From: an uncultured Gammaproteobacteria bacterium
GTDB lineage: Bacteria > Patescibacteriota > Microgenomatia > Levybacterales > UBA12049
DNA: 64,000 bases
Assembly: GCA_964598995.1 (NCBI GenBank)
Contig: CAZRDR010000021.1
Coordinates: 537-64,536 of the forward strand
Reading direction: 5' to 3'
Part shown: positions 10,758-20,952 of the stretch, piece after piece
How positions within the stretch are numbered: the stretch's first letter is position 1
How the letters are laid out: every line of letters begins with the position of its first letter
Translations under genes and position numbers: made by a program
The notes under the pieces: generated by a model
The model's input: only the letters and a program-made list of their open reading frames with translations
Database searches by the model: none
What the model was told of the DNA's origin: nothing

Positions 10758-11525
10758 TTATTTTTTAGCTCTTTTACTTAACTGAGTATATCGATCAAAT
10801 GCACGTGGACCGATGACAGTATGAGCAGTGTTTAACCCTTCAAACCTTCCATTTGGGTAGCCAACTGTTACTTTTGTTTCACGCTTAGTAAGAGCGTCTC
10901 TAAGATCATTATTATACCATGTCCTGCCTCCACCTAAGGTATAAAAGTGAGCATCAGATGAACCCACTGCACCACCTAACTTATCTCCGTATGAACTAAG
11001 ATTTGCAGAATAATAAGCGAGCGCTTGGTCGTTATTGCCGTTAAAACGTGGACTGAATTCAAGCCCCGCGTTATAGACCTCAAATCCATCAAAATACACA
11101 TAAGGATTTTTGCTATTTATGACTAGCTGAATACCCGTCTCTCCTATACCCTTAACAAGAACGGCGAATGGATGAACTGCTATTGCCAAACCATCCTGAT
11201 CGTGAATTGCTTCAAGTGTCCAATCGATATCTTTACCTTGAGGAATATCTGATTTGAGGTAAAGCCCAAGGACATGACCACCACTGGTAGAGATCTCTTC
11301 GCCTGGAATCAGTTCAGTTTCAGGAGAATAGACTTGCGCATAACCTTTCCCAAGAATTCCAGGTAAAAGAAAATTGTGATCTGTTACTCCAACAGCGCAG
11401 ATACCAAGTTCCCGAGCCACTTCGGTGATCTCATCGAGATTCATTTTCCCATCAGAAAATACCCCGTGGGTGTGAAGGTCTGCACATTTAGTTACTGTGT
11501 CTACTGATGAATAAATTTCTCTCAT
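10758..11525 (-). CDS. PHP-family metal-dependent phosphoesterase
   Basis: Motifs DLHTHG, SDG, VTDHN, GEEIST..GH, AVHP, GSSDAH. Confidence 0.85.
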   Translation of the reverse strand: MREIYSSVDTVTKCADLHTHGVFSDGKMNLDEITEVARELGICAVGVTDHNFLLPGILGKGYAQVYSPETELIPGEEISTSGGHVLGLYLKSDIPQGKDIDWTLEAIHDQDGLAIAVHPFAVLVKGIGETGIQLVINSKNPYVYFDGFEVYNAGLEFSPRFNGNNDQALAYYSANLSSYGDKLGGAVGSSDAHFYTLGGGRTWYNNDLRDALTKRETKVTVGYPNGRFEGLNTAHTVIGPRAFDRYTQLSKRAKK

Positions 11526-11539
11526 AAGGAATTAATCAT

Positions 11540-11564
11540 AAAAAAGCCCCGTCACGAACGAGGC
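11540..11564 (-). terminator. Intrinsic terminator downstream of dnaK
   Basis: GCCTCGT-TCGTG-ACGGGGC followed by TTTTTT. Confidence 0.75.
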
Positions 11565-11590
11565 ATAGTTTTATAGTTATCTATCTATTA

Positions 11591-13486
11591 TTACTCAACG
11601 ACTTCGCCTTCAACAGGCTCGTCTTTGTTTTTATCAGAATCCTTCTTCTCCTCTGATGTTCCTGTATTTTCAGATGAAGCATCGGTCGAAGTATTAGCAG
11701 CATTCATCGCCTCACCAATTTTCATAAGAGTATCTGACAGCTCTTTGGTCTTTGCTTCAATTTCATCTTTACTGCCAGATTCCAAAACATCTTTGAGAGC
11801 TTTAATCTTGTCCTCAACTTCTTTCTTAGTATCCTCTTGTACTTTATCCCCAGCATCTTTGAGAGCTTTCTCGGCTGTAAAGATAAGTGAATCAGCTTGG
11901 TTACGTGCCTCGACCTGAGCTTTTTTCTCTTCATCTTCTTTTGCATGCATCTCGGCTTCTTTCGTCATGCGCTCGACTTCATCCTTAGACAGGCCAGTTG
12001 ACCCCTGGATCTTAATACTCTGTTCCTTACCACTTGCTTTATCCTTAGCTTTAACACTGAGGATTCCACTTGCATCGATATCGAAAGTGACTTCGACCTG
12101 AGGCATACCACGAGGTGCTGGTGGGATACCATCTAAGATAAATCGACCGAGTGACTTGTTATCTGCAGCCATAGGACGCTCTCCCTGGAGAACATTAATT
12201 TCAACTTGTGTCTGGTTATCAGCTGCTGTTGAGAAGACCTGTGACTTACTGGTCGGGATAGTCGTATTGCGTGAGATAAGAGGAGTTGATACGCCGCCTA
12301 GTGTCTCAAGACCAAGAGTTAATGGAGTAACGTCTAGAAGTAACACATCTTTGACGTCTCCTGAGAGAACGCCTCCCTGAACAGCCGCTCCGATTGCGAC
12401 GACTTCATCTGGGTTAACTGATTTGTTAGGCTCTTTACCAAAGAACTTAGATACCGTCTCGACAATCTTTGGCATGCGAGTCATTCCGCCAACGAGTACG
12501 ATTTCATCTATTGCTGACTTCTCAACACCCGCATCTTTGAGCGCTAACTCAACAGGCTTTAATGTCTTTTGGACGAGATCATCGACGAGCTGTTCTAATT
12601 TCGCACGAGTTAAGGTCATCGTGAGATGAAGTGGACCATTTTCACCTTGGGTAATAAATGGCTGATTGATTTGTGCTTCTTGAGAAGTTGAGAGCTCGAT
12701 CTTTGCTTTTTCTGCTGATTCTTTCAGACGCTGAAGAGCCTGGGCATCTTTACGAAGATCGATATTATTTTCTTTCTTAAACTCATCTGCGAGGTAATCG
12801 ATGATGACCTGGTCGAAGTCGTCTCCGCCGAGGTGAGTATCACCATTGGTTGATTTAACTTCATAGACGCCATCACCAAGCTCCAAAATTGAGATATCGA
12901 ATGTTCCGCCTCCAAGGTCATAGACTGCGATCGTATGTGCATTTTGCTTATCGAGTCCGTAGGCGAGTGCTGCAGCGGTAGGCTCATTAATAATTCGCTT
13001 TACATCAAGTCCAGCGATCTCTCCAGCTTGTTTGGTAGCTTGGCGCTGACTGTCGTCAAAGTAGGCGGGAACAGTAATAACTGCTTCAGTAACTTTTTCT
13101 CCTAAATATGCCTCTGCATCAGATTTGATTTTCTGGAGGATCATAGCAGATACTTCTTGAGGAGTGTAGGTCTTACCATCAACTTCAACTACAGCCATAT
13201 CATCACGGCCTGCTTTGACTGTATATGGCAGCCATTTCATATCACGCTGGACTGACTCGTCATGGAACTTCTTACCCATCAGACGTTTTACTGAAAAAAT
13301 CGTCTCTTTAGGCTTTAAGACCATCTGACGCTTGGCCACGTCCCCTACGACATGCGTCTTTGGATCAACAACTGATGGGATAACATTTCTTCCCTCAGCT
13401 GAGTGGATGACCTTTGGTGATCCACCCTCCATCACAGCCATAGCTGAATTTGTTGTACCTAAATCAATTCCAATTATTTTTGCCAT
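11591..13486 (-). CDS. dnaK: Chaperone DnaK (Hsp70)
   Basis: [43 protein letters not shown]. Confidence 0.99.
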   Translation of the reverse strand: MAKIIGIDLGTTNSAMAVMEGGSPKVIHSAEGRNVIPSVVDPKTHVVGDVAKRQMVLKPKETIFSVKRLMGKKFHDESVQRDMKWLPYTVKAGRDDMAVVEVDGKTYTPQEVSAMILQKIKSDAEAYLGEKVTEAVITVPAYFDDSQRQATKQAGEIAGLDVKRIINEPTAAALAYGLDKQNAHTIAVYDLGGGTFDISILELGDGVYEVKSTNGDTHLGGDDFDQVIIDYLADEFKKENNIDLRKDAQALQRLKESAEKAKIELSTSQEAQINQPFITQGENGPLHLTMTLTRAKLEQLVDDLVQKTLKPVELALKDAGVEKSAIDEIVLVGGMTRMPKIVETVSKFFGKEPNKSVNPDEVVAIGAAVQGGVLSGDVKDVLLLDVTPLTLGLETLGGVSTPLISRNTTIPTSKSQVFSTAADNQTQVEINVLQGERPMAADNKSLGRFILDGIPPAPRGMPQVEVTFDIDASGILSVKAKDKASGKEQSIKIQGSTGLSKDEVERMTKEAEMHAKEDEEKKAQVEARNQADSLIFTAEKALKDAGDKVQEDTKKEVEDKIKALKDVLESGSKDEIEAKTKELSDTLMKIGEAMNAANTSTDASSENTGTSEEKKDSDKNKDEPVEGEVVE

Positions 13487-13487
13487 A

Positions 13488-13988
13488 TTAATTACTTTCT
13501 TTCTGACCGTTTCCTACGACGACTTGCGCCGCGCGTAAGAGTTTGTCATGCAGCAAGTATCCTGTGCGTACTTCCTGTATAACAACTCCATCCTTACCCG
13601 GACCGGTAGTCACGACTTCCATAGTTACTGGATCAAAATCCTTTCCAATAGTCTCGATCTTGGTTACTCCATCAGATTTTAATGTCTGAAGAAATTGATC
13701 GGTAACTATTTTTAAAGTTCTGTTCTCTTCGTGCTGTTGAGCAAGTATTAATGTATCCAAAATTGGTAAAAATCTCAACAGTAATTCCTTGTTACTTGAT
13801 TGAATTAGAACCAATCGTTCTTCCCGTACTCTTTTCTCAAGATTCTGATAATCTGCGATCGCTCTTAAGCGAGCATTCTCAGCAATCTGTAATTTCTCCT
13901 CGCACTCATCGTGACTCTGCTCTTCGCGTTCGACCTCATTTACTGTCTCTCCAATCTCTTCTTCTGGTTTTGTCGTTTTCTTATCCAT
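13488..13988 (-). CDS. grpE: Nucleotide exchange factor GrpE
   Basis: [42 protein letters not shown] 13988 overlaps the hrcA stop. Confidence 0.95.
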   Translation of the reverse strand: MDKKTTKPEEEIGETVNEVEREEQSHDECEEKLQIAENARLRAIADYQNLEKRVREERLVLIQSSNKELLLRFLPILDTLILAQQHEENRTLKIVTDQFLQTLKSDGVTKIETIGKDFDPVTMEVVTTGPGKDGVVIQEVRTGYLLHDKLLRAAQVVVGNGQKESN

Positions 13989-14728
13989 TACCATCCTTTT
14001 GCAACTGTCTCGATGAGGTCACCAAAGTAACGAACAGTCGGTACTACCATTGTATAGTTAAGTCGCACTGGACCAATTACACCGATCTGTCCTGCTCCAT
14101 GCATTGGCGTCTCGTACTGGGTATAGACAAAACTATACGGACCATGCAGTCTCTGACCTAAGTCTTCACCCATCAGAACATGAATGTCTTCGCTGTCAGA
14201 ACTAAATCTGCTACAGAGATCGAAGAAATAATCTTCCTCATCAAGTGTCGCTAAGAGCGTCTTGGTGATAACGATATCATAAAATTCAGGCATTTCTAAG
14301 ATATTTGAATAGCATGAGATGAAGACATCTCCTTCACTAGTTGTCGCGATAGCGAGTGTCCTTGTCTTATTTGCTAACGAGCGGGTTGCTTCCTTTAAGA
14401 AGCGCTGCATCTTTTCTCGGTAATCCCAAACTTTTTCTTTAAGCGCTACTTCCTCAACAGTTGATAGCTCTTTTTCCTTCATCAGCTGAGTTACATAGAA
14501 CTTCATACCGATAGGAGTAGGAACACGTCCAGCTGAAGAGTGAGGCTTTTTAAGATAGCCAAACTCAGAGAGTCTGACCATTTCATTTCGAATAGTCGCA
14601 GGAGAAGCACTAAGATTGTATTTCTTCTCAAGCGTCTCCGAACCTACCGGTTCAGCCGTATTGATGTATTCCTCAATAATAGCTTTAAGAATTTCAATCT
14701 GTCGTTGGGTTAGATTGTGCATATGCAT
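13988..14728 (-). CDS. hrcA: Heat-inducible transcription repressor HrcA (short form)
   Basis: RQIEILKAIIEEYINTAEPVGS, SPATIRNEM, PHSSAGRVPT, IGVIGPVRLNY. Confidence 0.95.
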   Translation of the reverse strand: MHMHNLTQRQIEILKAIIEEYINTAEPVGSETLEKKYNLSASPATIRNEMVRLSEFGYLKKPHSSAGRVPTPIGMKFYVTQLMKEKELSTVEEVALKEKVWDYREKMQRFLKEATRSLANKTRTLAIATTSEGDVFISCYSNILEMPEFYDIVITKTLLATLDEEDYFFDLCSRFSSDSEDIHVLMGEDLGQRLHGPYSFVYTQYETPMHGAGQIGVIGPVRLNYTMVVPTVRYFGDLIETVAKGW

Positions 14729-14740
14729 TACCGGACAAGA

Positions 14741-14767
14741 TTAGCAGTATGATAACAAGAGTGCTAG
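14741..14767. promoter_or_regulatory. CIRCE operator (HrcA site)
   Basis: TTAGCAGTA-N9-GAGTGCTAG versus the consensus TTAGCACTC-N9-GAGTGCTAA, directly upstream of hrcA. Confidence 0.9.
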
Positions 14768-14777
14768 GACTTGTCAA
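14749..14777 (-). promoter_or_regulatory. Sigma70-type promoter of the hrcA operon
   Basis: TTGACA (14777-14772), 17 nt, TATCAT (14754-14749); overlapped by the CIRCE. Confidence 0.85.
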
Positions 14778-14843
14778 GCCCATAATTGGAATATTTTTGA
14801 AGCTAGTGTTGTAAGAGTACAGTAAATTCTTTATGCTTTATCT

Positions 14844-15188
14844 ATGCGAAAAAATAAAAAAAGAAACATTATTTACCTTATCAGTAGTATTGTCTCACTC
14901 GTCAGTCTTCTGCTGATCATTTTTTTTCTGCCGCCATTTACCACACTCCAACTCTTATTCCTTATCATCCAGCCGGTCATGCTCCTCTTTCTTCCGCTCA
15001 TCGTACTTCTTTTTAGTTTACCAGCATTTATCTTTAAGACTCGAAAGCATGGCATCTTCCTTAGTATTTTTGTCGTTACGTATCTGTTATTCCGTCTCAA
15101 CGGCCTCACGCATCCGATCTTCTTAGTTCTTCTCGTAGGACTCCTCTTGATGCTTGAGTTCCTGTTCAGCAACCGCCAGCCTCAATAA
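14844..15188 (+). CDS. Hypothetical membrane protein (about 4 TM)
   Basis: 114 aa, very hydrophobic; TATGCT 6 nt before the ATG. Confidence 0.75.
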   Translation: MRKNKKRNIIYLISSIVSLVSLLLIIFFLPPFTTLQLLFLIIQPVMLLFLPLIVLLFSLPAFIFKTRKHGIFLSIFVVTYLLFRLNGLTHPIFLVLLVGLLLMLEFLFSNRQPQ

Positions 15189-15191
15189 AGG

Positions 15192-15220
15192 TTGCTGGAG
15201 GCTCACTCCTCTGGTACAAT
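15192..15220 (+). promoter_or_regulatory. metG promoter
   Basis: TTGCTG, 17 nt, TACAAT with an extended-10 TG. Confidence 0.6.
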
Positions 15221-15238
15221 TCAGTAGCTGTTAATGCT

Positions 15239-15360
15239 TACAAGTGCTGCATTGGATGCAGTACAAGGAAGAATCGAGCAGCGGAATAAGACGTACTGAT
15301 ATGTACGTTGTTGAGCAACGCAGATTCTGACGCAGGAATGCGCCAACTGCAGAACTTGTA
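15239..15360 (+). repeat. TA-flanked ~122-nt inverted-repeat element (MITE-like or structured leader RNA)
   Basis: TACAAGTGCTGCATTGG pairs with CCAACTGCAGAACTTGTA. Internal hairpins ACGTAC/GTACGT, GAATC/GATTC and CGCA-GGAA-TGCG. Confidence 0.6.
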
Positions 15361-15363
15361 CTT

Positions 15364-16779
15364 ATGAATAAGTTTTATCTTACCAGTGCCATTCCTTATG
15401 TAAATGCGCGTCCCCACATCGGTCATGCATTGGAGTTCCTCCAAGCTGACACGATTCGTCGCTATCGAAAGCTTTTAGGTGATGACGTGTTGTATCTATG
15501 TGGTTCAGATGAAAATGCGATAAAAAATGTCCAGGCTGCCGAAAAAGCAGGTCAGCCTATTCAGGAATTTATCGACGAAAATGCCAAGTATTTTGAGGAA
15601 CTGGCAAAGGAGCTGAATGTCGAATTTGATGTCTTCCAGAAAGGTAGTAGTGATGATCATAAAATAGCCAGTCAGCGACTCTGGGAGTTATGCGATAAAA
15701 ATGGTGATATCTATAAAAAGGCCTACAAAGGTCTTTATTGTGTCGGCTGTGAAGAATTTAAGAGTCCAAGCGAACTAAACGAACAAGGCGAGTGCCCTGA
15801 GCATCCTGGCAAACCACTTGAGGAAATTGAAGAGGAAAATTATTTCTTTAAATTATCAAACTATCAGGACCAACTCTTAGAGCTTATCGAATCAGATGAG
15901 TACAAAATTATTCCTGAGTTTAGAAAAAATGAAATAGTCTCGTTTATTAAATCTGGTCTGCAGGACTTTAGTATCTCCCGCAGTAATGAGCGTGCAAAGA
16001 ACTGGGGAGTACCAGTCCCAGGTGACGATTCACAAAGAATTTATGTCTGGTTCGATGCGCTCAACATCTACCAGTCAGGAATTGGCTTTGGTACTAATGA
16101 AGAAAAGTACAACAAATGGTGGCCGGCTAATCTCCATGTCGTTGGTAAAGGTATCATCAGATTCCACGCTGTCTACTGGCCAGCGATTCTATTATCTGCT
16201 GGACTAAAACTCCCTAAAGCACTTTTCGTCCACGAGTATTTCACCGTCAATGGTCAAAAGATGTCCAAGACACTTGGCAATGTGGTTAATCCTATCGATA
16301 TCACCGCCAAATATGGCACTGATGCCCTCAGATATTACTGTCTCGCCAAAATATCACCATTCCAGGACGGTGATTTTTCTGAAGAGAGATTAAAAGAAGT
16401 CTACAACTCAGACCTTGCCAATGGCCTGGGAAATTTAGTCGCGCGTGTCGCCCGATTAGCTGAGAAACACCAAATTAGTCTTAATCAAAAAGATCAAGCC
16501 TTAACTCAAGAAGTTAATGCAGCTTTAACTGATTACAAATTTAACGAGGCACTTGGCGAAGTGTGGCGACTTATCACCAAAGCTGACCAGCAAATCAACG
16601 AGACAAAGCCATGGGAACTTGAGGGAGAGAAGGCTAAAGAAGTATTATCTGATCTTTCGGAACAAATCGCGATTATTGCGTATAATCTCCAGCCTTTCTT
16701 ACCTGCAACAGCAGAAAAAATTCTCAGTCAATTCTCAGGCGAGATTAAAAGCTCAACTCCACTTTTCCCAAGACTTTAG
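15364..16779 (+). CDS. metG: Methionyl-tRNA synthetase (short, no C-terminal OB domain)
   Basis: PYVNARPHIGH, CVGC..CPEH knuckle, IYVWFDAL, KMSKT. Confidence 0.97.
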   Translation: MNKFYLTSAIPYVNARPHIGHALEFLQADTIRRYRKLLGDDVLYLCGSDENAIKNVQAAEKAGQPIQEFIDENAKYFEELAKELNVEFDVFQKGSSDDHKIASQRLWELCDKNGDIYKKAYKGLYCVGCEEFKSPSELNEQGECPEHPGKPLEEIEEENYFFKLSNYQDQLLELIESDEYKIIPEFRKNEIVSFIKSGLQDFSISRSNERAKNWGVPVPGDDSQRIYVWFDALNIYQSGIGFGTNEEKYNKWWPANLHVVGKGIIRFHAVYWPAILLSAGLKLPKALFVHEYFTVNGQKMSKTLGNVVNPIDITAKYGTDALRYYCLAKISPFQDGDFSEERLKEVYNSDLANGLGNLVARVARLAEKHQISLNQKDQALTQEVNAALTDYKFNEALGEVWRLITKADQQINETKPWELEGEKAKEVLSDLSEQIAIIAYNLQPFLPATAEKILSQFSGEIKSSTPLFPRL

Positions 16780-16784
16780 TCACT

Positions 16785-17591
16785 ATGATCGATGTTCACT
16801 GTCATCTTAATTTTCATAGCTTTGAAAAAGACTATGATGAAGTAATCAAGAGTGCGCTTAGTAAAGGTGTTACGCGTATCATTAATACCGGTACCAAACA
16901 TGACTCCAGTCAATGGGCCGTCGATCTAGCTAAAAAGTACGATGAGTTATACGCAATCGTCGGAGTTCACCCACATCACGCGGATAAAGTCGAGTTGGGA
17001 GAAAACTGGATTGAAGAATTAGAAAAAATCGCTCTTCAGGATAAAGTCGTAGGAATTGGCGAGATAGGCCTAGATTATTTTAGCTATCAGTCAAATGGCG
17101 TTGTTGATCCTACATTACAAAAAGAAGTATTTGACGCACAGATAGAGCTAGCACATAAGCTTCACCTACCTCTCCAAATTCATAACCGCTTAGCTGGCGA
17201 GGATGTAATCGCGATGCTGAAAGAGCGTAAGCATCTCCTTGAGGCAGTTCCAGGCATGTTCCATTGTTTTGCAGGTTCTAAAGAGGTCCTCAAAGACGCT
17301 TTAGATATGGGCTTTTTTATTGGGTTTGATGGGAACAGTACCTATCCAGGTCTCGCTCCTAAAGAGACGGTAGAACTGCGAGAGCTAATGCAGCTTACCC
17401 CTCTTGAGCGTATTGTAACCGAGACAGATAGTCCTTATCTCACTCCTGTCCCGCATCGAGGAAAACGTAATATGCCTGAGTATGTTATCTTAGTTGGCAA
17501 GTTCGTAAGCGAGATTAAAGGTGTCTCTTACGATCAAATTGTGGAACAAACGACCAAAAACGTCTATACTATCTTTACTCGGATGAAATAA
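16785..17591 (+). CDS. tatD: TatD-family nuclease
   Basis: IDVHCHL, GVHPH, IGEIGLDY, ETDSPYL; typical metG-tatD linkage. Confidence 0.93.
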   Translation: MIDVHCHLNFHSFEKDYDEVIKSALSKGVTRIINTGTKHDSSQWAVDLAKKYDELYAIVGVHPHHADKVELGENWIEELEKIALQDKVVGIGEIGLDYFSYQSNGVVDPTLQKEVFDAQIELAHKLHLPLQIHNRLAGEDVIAMLKERKHLLEAVPGMFHCFAGSKEVLKDALDMGFFIGFDGNSTYPGLAPKETVELRELMQLTPLERIVTETDSPYLTPVPHRGKRNMPEYVILVGKFVSEIKGVSYDQIVEQTTKNVYTIFTRMK

Positions 17592-17600
17592 AGCCGTATC

Positions 17601-19112
17601 GTGCTGCCTATACCCACTATGACAGATCATTTTGATAGATTATTTACCCGCTACCCCATCAAGACCAAGCGTTTTTTAGAACTCATGCCTGGACTTCTCT
17701 CCTGGACTGTCATCCTCTCACCTATCTGGGCCTCACTCTTAGCACCTACGCTCCTTGCCTACTTCATCCTCTTTTTTGATACCTATTGGTTCTACAAATC
17801 ATACTCGCTCGTCATTAATGCCTATCGCGGTGCAAAACGCATCAAGCAAGCAGAAAGAGCTAACTGGCTCGAGAAAGCTAAAAAGTATGACGACTATCGC
17901 AAGGTTCAGCATATTTTGATCATCCCAAGCTACAAAGAAAGTGTGGCAAAGATGCGAACGACCATCGAGAACCTCTCACGCCAAACACTTCCCTTAGACC
18001 AACTTCATGTCGTCCTGGCTATGGAAGAACGCGAAACTGAAGCTCCAGAAAAAGTCAAAGAAATTACTAATGAATTCAAAGGCAAATTCGGCAGCCTTTT
18101 TGCAACGTACCACGTTGATGCGCCTGGGGAGATTAAAGGAAAATCCTCTAACGAAGCCTTTGCCGGCAAAGCTGCCTACCAAAAACTTATTATTGAGGAA
18201 AAACTCGACATCGACTACGTCACGATCTCCAGCGTCGACGTTGATTCTATCTTTGATAAACAGTTCTTCGCCTACCTCACCTATGCATTCTTAAGTGATG
18301 AAAAGCGCTATAACAAATTCTGGCAGTCTGCCACAGTTTTTTATAACAATATTTGGCAAGTACCAGCCCCAATTCGTATCCTCTCATTCTTCGGCAGTCT
18401 TTGGAGGACTTCTATGCTGGTTCAGGGAGATCGTCTAATTACTCAATCCACCTACTCGCTCTCACTTAAACTCTTGCGAGATATTGGCTTCTGGGATGTT
18501 GATGTCATTCCTGAGGACTACCGCGTCTTCTTCAAAGCTTTCTTTAAGATGAAAGGTCAGGTCTGGACTGAGCCGATTTTCCTTAAGACCTCCATGGATG
18601 CAGCTTTCTCGCACGGTTATGTCAATAGTCTGAAGAATAAATACCATCAAGAGCGCAGATGGTCATGGGGAGTCTCAGATGACCCACTCTTCCTTAAATG
18701 GTGGTTCACCGTCCCAGGTGTTCCTTTTATGCGAAAAACGATTATGGTTTATCATGTCGTTCTCGATCATTTCCTCTGGCCGGTTAACTGGTTCGTCGTA
18801 ACGATTGCAGCCAACGTCATGCCTTTTGTAAATCCTGTTTTCTCACGAACTGAACTTGGCTATATCTTACCTCGTGTTGCAGGATCGATCTTAACCTCAA
18901 CGATCTTAGCTATTTTTGCCCTGATGTTCATCGACTATAAGAATCGTCCTGAGAATACGACACTCTCTCTTCGCCGTAAGATATTCTTCCCTTTTGAATT
19001 TATTCTGATGCCTATCGTTGGATTTTTCCTTTCAGCGCTTCCTGCTTTGATATCTCATACGCAACTTATGTTAGGTAAGCGTATGGAGTACAAAGTAACT
19101 GATAAAGCATGA
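17601..19112 (+). CDS. Membrane GT2 glycosyltransferase (processive-type)
   Basis: IIPSYKES, GK, DVDS, PED and QERRWSWG (QxxRW) motifs flanked by TM helices. ATG 17619 is an alternative start. Confidence 0.85.
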   Translation: MLPIPTMTDHFDRLFTRYPIKTKRFLELMPGLLSWTVILSPIWASLLAPTLLAYFILFFDTYWFYKSYSLVINAYRGAKRIKQAERANWLEKAKKYDDYRKVQHILIIPSYKESVAKMRTTIENLSRQTLPLDQLHVVLAMEERETEAPEKVKEITNEFKGKFGSLFATYHVDAPGEIKGKSSNEAFAGKAAYQKLIIEEKLDIDYVTISSVDVDSIFDKQFFAYLTYAFLSDEKRYNKFWQSATVFYNNIWQVPAPIRILSFFGSLWRTSMLVQGDRLITQSTYSLSLKLLRDIGFWDVDVIPEDYRVFFKAFFKMKGQVWTEPIFLKTSMDAAFSHGYVNSLKNKYHQERRWSWGVSDDPLFLKWWFTVPGVPFMRKTIMVYHVVLDHFLWPVNWFVVTIAANVMPFVNPVFSRTELGYILPRVAGSILTSTILAIFALMFIDYKNRPENTTLSLRRKIFFPFEFILMPIVGFFLSALPALISHTQLMLGKRMEYKVTDKA

Positions 19113-20614
19113 AAGAACATATCAAACGACTTGAGAGGTCACATGAATTCTGGACTGTTATTGGTCTAGGTGTTGTCTTCTTTCTTCTCCGCCTTCCTTC
19201 TCTGTTCGAGCCATACTGGTATGGAGACGAAGGAATATACCAGACACTCGGACTTGCCATAACAAAAGGCCGCATACTCTACACAGGTATTTGGGATAAC
19301 AAACCTCCATTGCTCTACTATACGTATGCCCTCGTTCACAGCAGTCAGTTCGCCATTCGCTCCCTTTCACTCCTCGTCGGACTAGGAGCAATCGCATTAC
19401 TTTTTCTTTTAGCTAAAAAATTATTTAATGATCGGAAGAGTGCGCTTATTGCAACTGGCGTCTTTGTACTTTCTTTTGGCCTCCCGACATTCGAGGGTAA
19501 TATCGCAAATGCTGAGAACTTCATGCTGCTCCCCATTATCGCTGCAGGGTATGTAATCTACAGTCTGGTAACAAAGAACAGAGACTTCACATCAACCACA
19601 TCTTTGAAATTAGTTTCAGTAGCAGGTCTACTCCTAGGCTTTGCGTTCCTCTATAAAATAGTCGCTATCTTTGATTTTGCTGCTTTTTTTGTTTTTTTGA
19701 TTATCAGCACTTATCGCGAGAGATTTACCCGTGAGCAGATATTCTCCTATCTAAACAACGTTTGGAAACTCTTTGGGGTATTCATCGTTGGCTTTATCTT
19801 TCCTTTCTTTCTGACTATTCTCTATTTCGCTCTAAACCACGCGTTAGGGGAGTATATTCGCGCAACTTTCTTAAGTACCGTCGGCTATGTCGGATATAAA
19901 AATGCCTTTATCATCCCGCAAGGCTTACTCATCTCTAAAGTTATTATTCTTGCCATCTTTTGTCTGATACTCTTTATCAAAAGACAGAAGACCTCATCAA
20001 CTACACTATTTATTAGTCTTTGGGTTGCCTTCTCATTGTTTAATAGTTTCTTCTCTCAGCGTCCCTACACCCATTACGTATTAGTGCTCGTTCCTGCTTT
20101 TTCATTACTCGTTGGCAAAACATTTTTGGAAAGAAAATCTCAGCTAGTTAAATATGCAGTTATTACACTTATCGTCGGGTATCTGGGTATTCATTATTTC
20201 GATCACTGGAACATCAGCAAAACGATCCATTACTATACTAACTTTACGAGCTTTACGAGTGGAAACAAATCAGTGAACGCGTATGACACCTTCTTTGATA
20301 GAAGAACTATCCGTGACTATGAAATTATTTCGTATCTCAACCAACATAAACAAAAAGATTCTACACTCTATGTCTGGGGTAATGATGCTCAGATTTATCC
20401 TCTGACTGGTACTATCCCTCCGGGAAGATTTACTGTCGCGTATCACGTTGCAGGCAATCATAAGTATGAAAAGGAAATAGGAGACATCCTGAAGAACAAT
20501 CCTCCCCATTTTCTTGTGATCATGCGCGATGTGCCAGTTTATCCATTCCCGATGTATAATTACCGACAAGTACTAAGCGTACAGAATGCTGATATCTATG
20601 AACGGAACAATTAA
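19109..20614 (+). CDS. GT-C fold (ArnT/PMT-like) glycosyltransferase
   Basis: YGDEGIY loop after TM1, WDNKPPL, many TM helices. Confidence 0.8.
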   Translation: MKEHIKRLERSHEFWTVIGLGVVFFLLRLPSLFEPYWYGDEGIYQTLGLAITKGRILYTGIWDNKPPLLYYTYALVHSSQFAIRSLSLLVGLGAIALLFLLAKKLFNDRKSALIATGVFVLSFGLPTFEGNIANAENFMLLPIIAAGYVIYSLVTKNRDFTSTTSLKLVSVAGLLLGFAFLYKIVAIFDFAAFFVFLIISTYRERFTREQIFSYLNNVWKLFGVFIVGFIFPFFLTILYFALNHALGEYIRATFLSTVGYVGYKNAFIIPQGLLISKVIILAIFCLILFIKRQKTSSTTLFISLWVAFSLFNSFFSQRPYTHYVLVLVPAFSLLVGKTFLERKSQLVKYAVITLIVGYLGIHYFDHWNISKTIHYYTNFTSFTSGNKSVNAYDTFFDRRTIRDYEIISYLNQHKQKDSTLYVWGNDAQIYPLTGTIPPGRFTVAYHVAGNHKYEKEIGDILKNNPPHFLVIMRDVPVYPFPMYNYRQVLSVQNADIYERNN

Positions 20615-20951
20615 ATTTCTCTCATCTGATCGAACAATCTGGCTCTGTATTATTTGCTCTCTGATATTCATCTTACTTAGTCTTTTTTTTACGGGACTTT
20701 TTTATCATAACCTCCCTCCGCTCATTCCAATTTTCAATCAACTGCCATGGGGAACAGATCGCTTGATGAGTAAACTTGGACTCCTTATTCCTATCGCAGT
20801 TTGTCTTGGGATTCTTGTTATCAACGCATTTACGACTCGATATATCTATGAAAAAATGCCAATCACAGCAAGGATGCTCAACATCACGACATTCCTTATC
20901 ACTCTTCTTACCTTAATTTTTGTCTTTCGAACGATTCAATTGATTTTATAA
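20586..20951 (+). CDS. Hypothetical membrane protein (3 TM)
   Basis: LPPLIPIFNQLPWG between TM segments. The start may be 20598. Confidence 0.7.
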   Translation: MLISMNGTIKFLSSDRTIWLCIICSLIFILLSLFFTGLFYHNLPPLIPIFNQLPWGTDRLMSKLGLLIPIAVCLGILVINAFTTRYIYEKMPITARMLNITTFLITLLTLIFVFRTIQLIL

Positions 20952-20952
20952 T

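Noticed and set aside
9884-14728. Zinc-finger-less DnaJ and short HrcA as novelties
   Set aside because: Type II J-proteins are well known, and compact forms are expected in reduced genomes.
15239-15360. T-box, SAM riboswitch or SRP RNA upstream of metG
   Set aside because: No T-box GGTGGNACC or terminator, no SAM-I ATC..GAG core, and no SRP helix-8 geometry.
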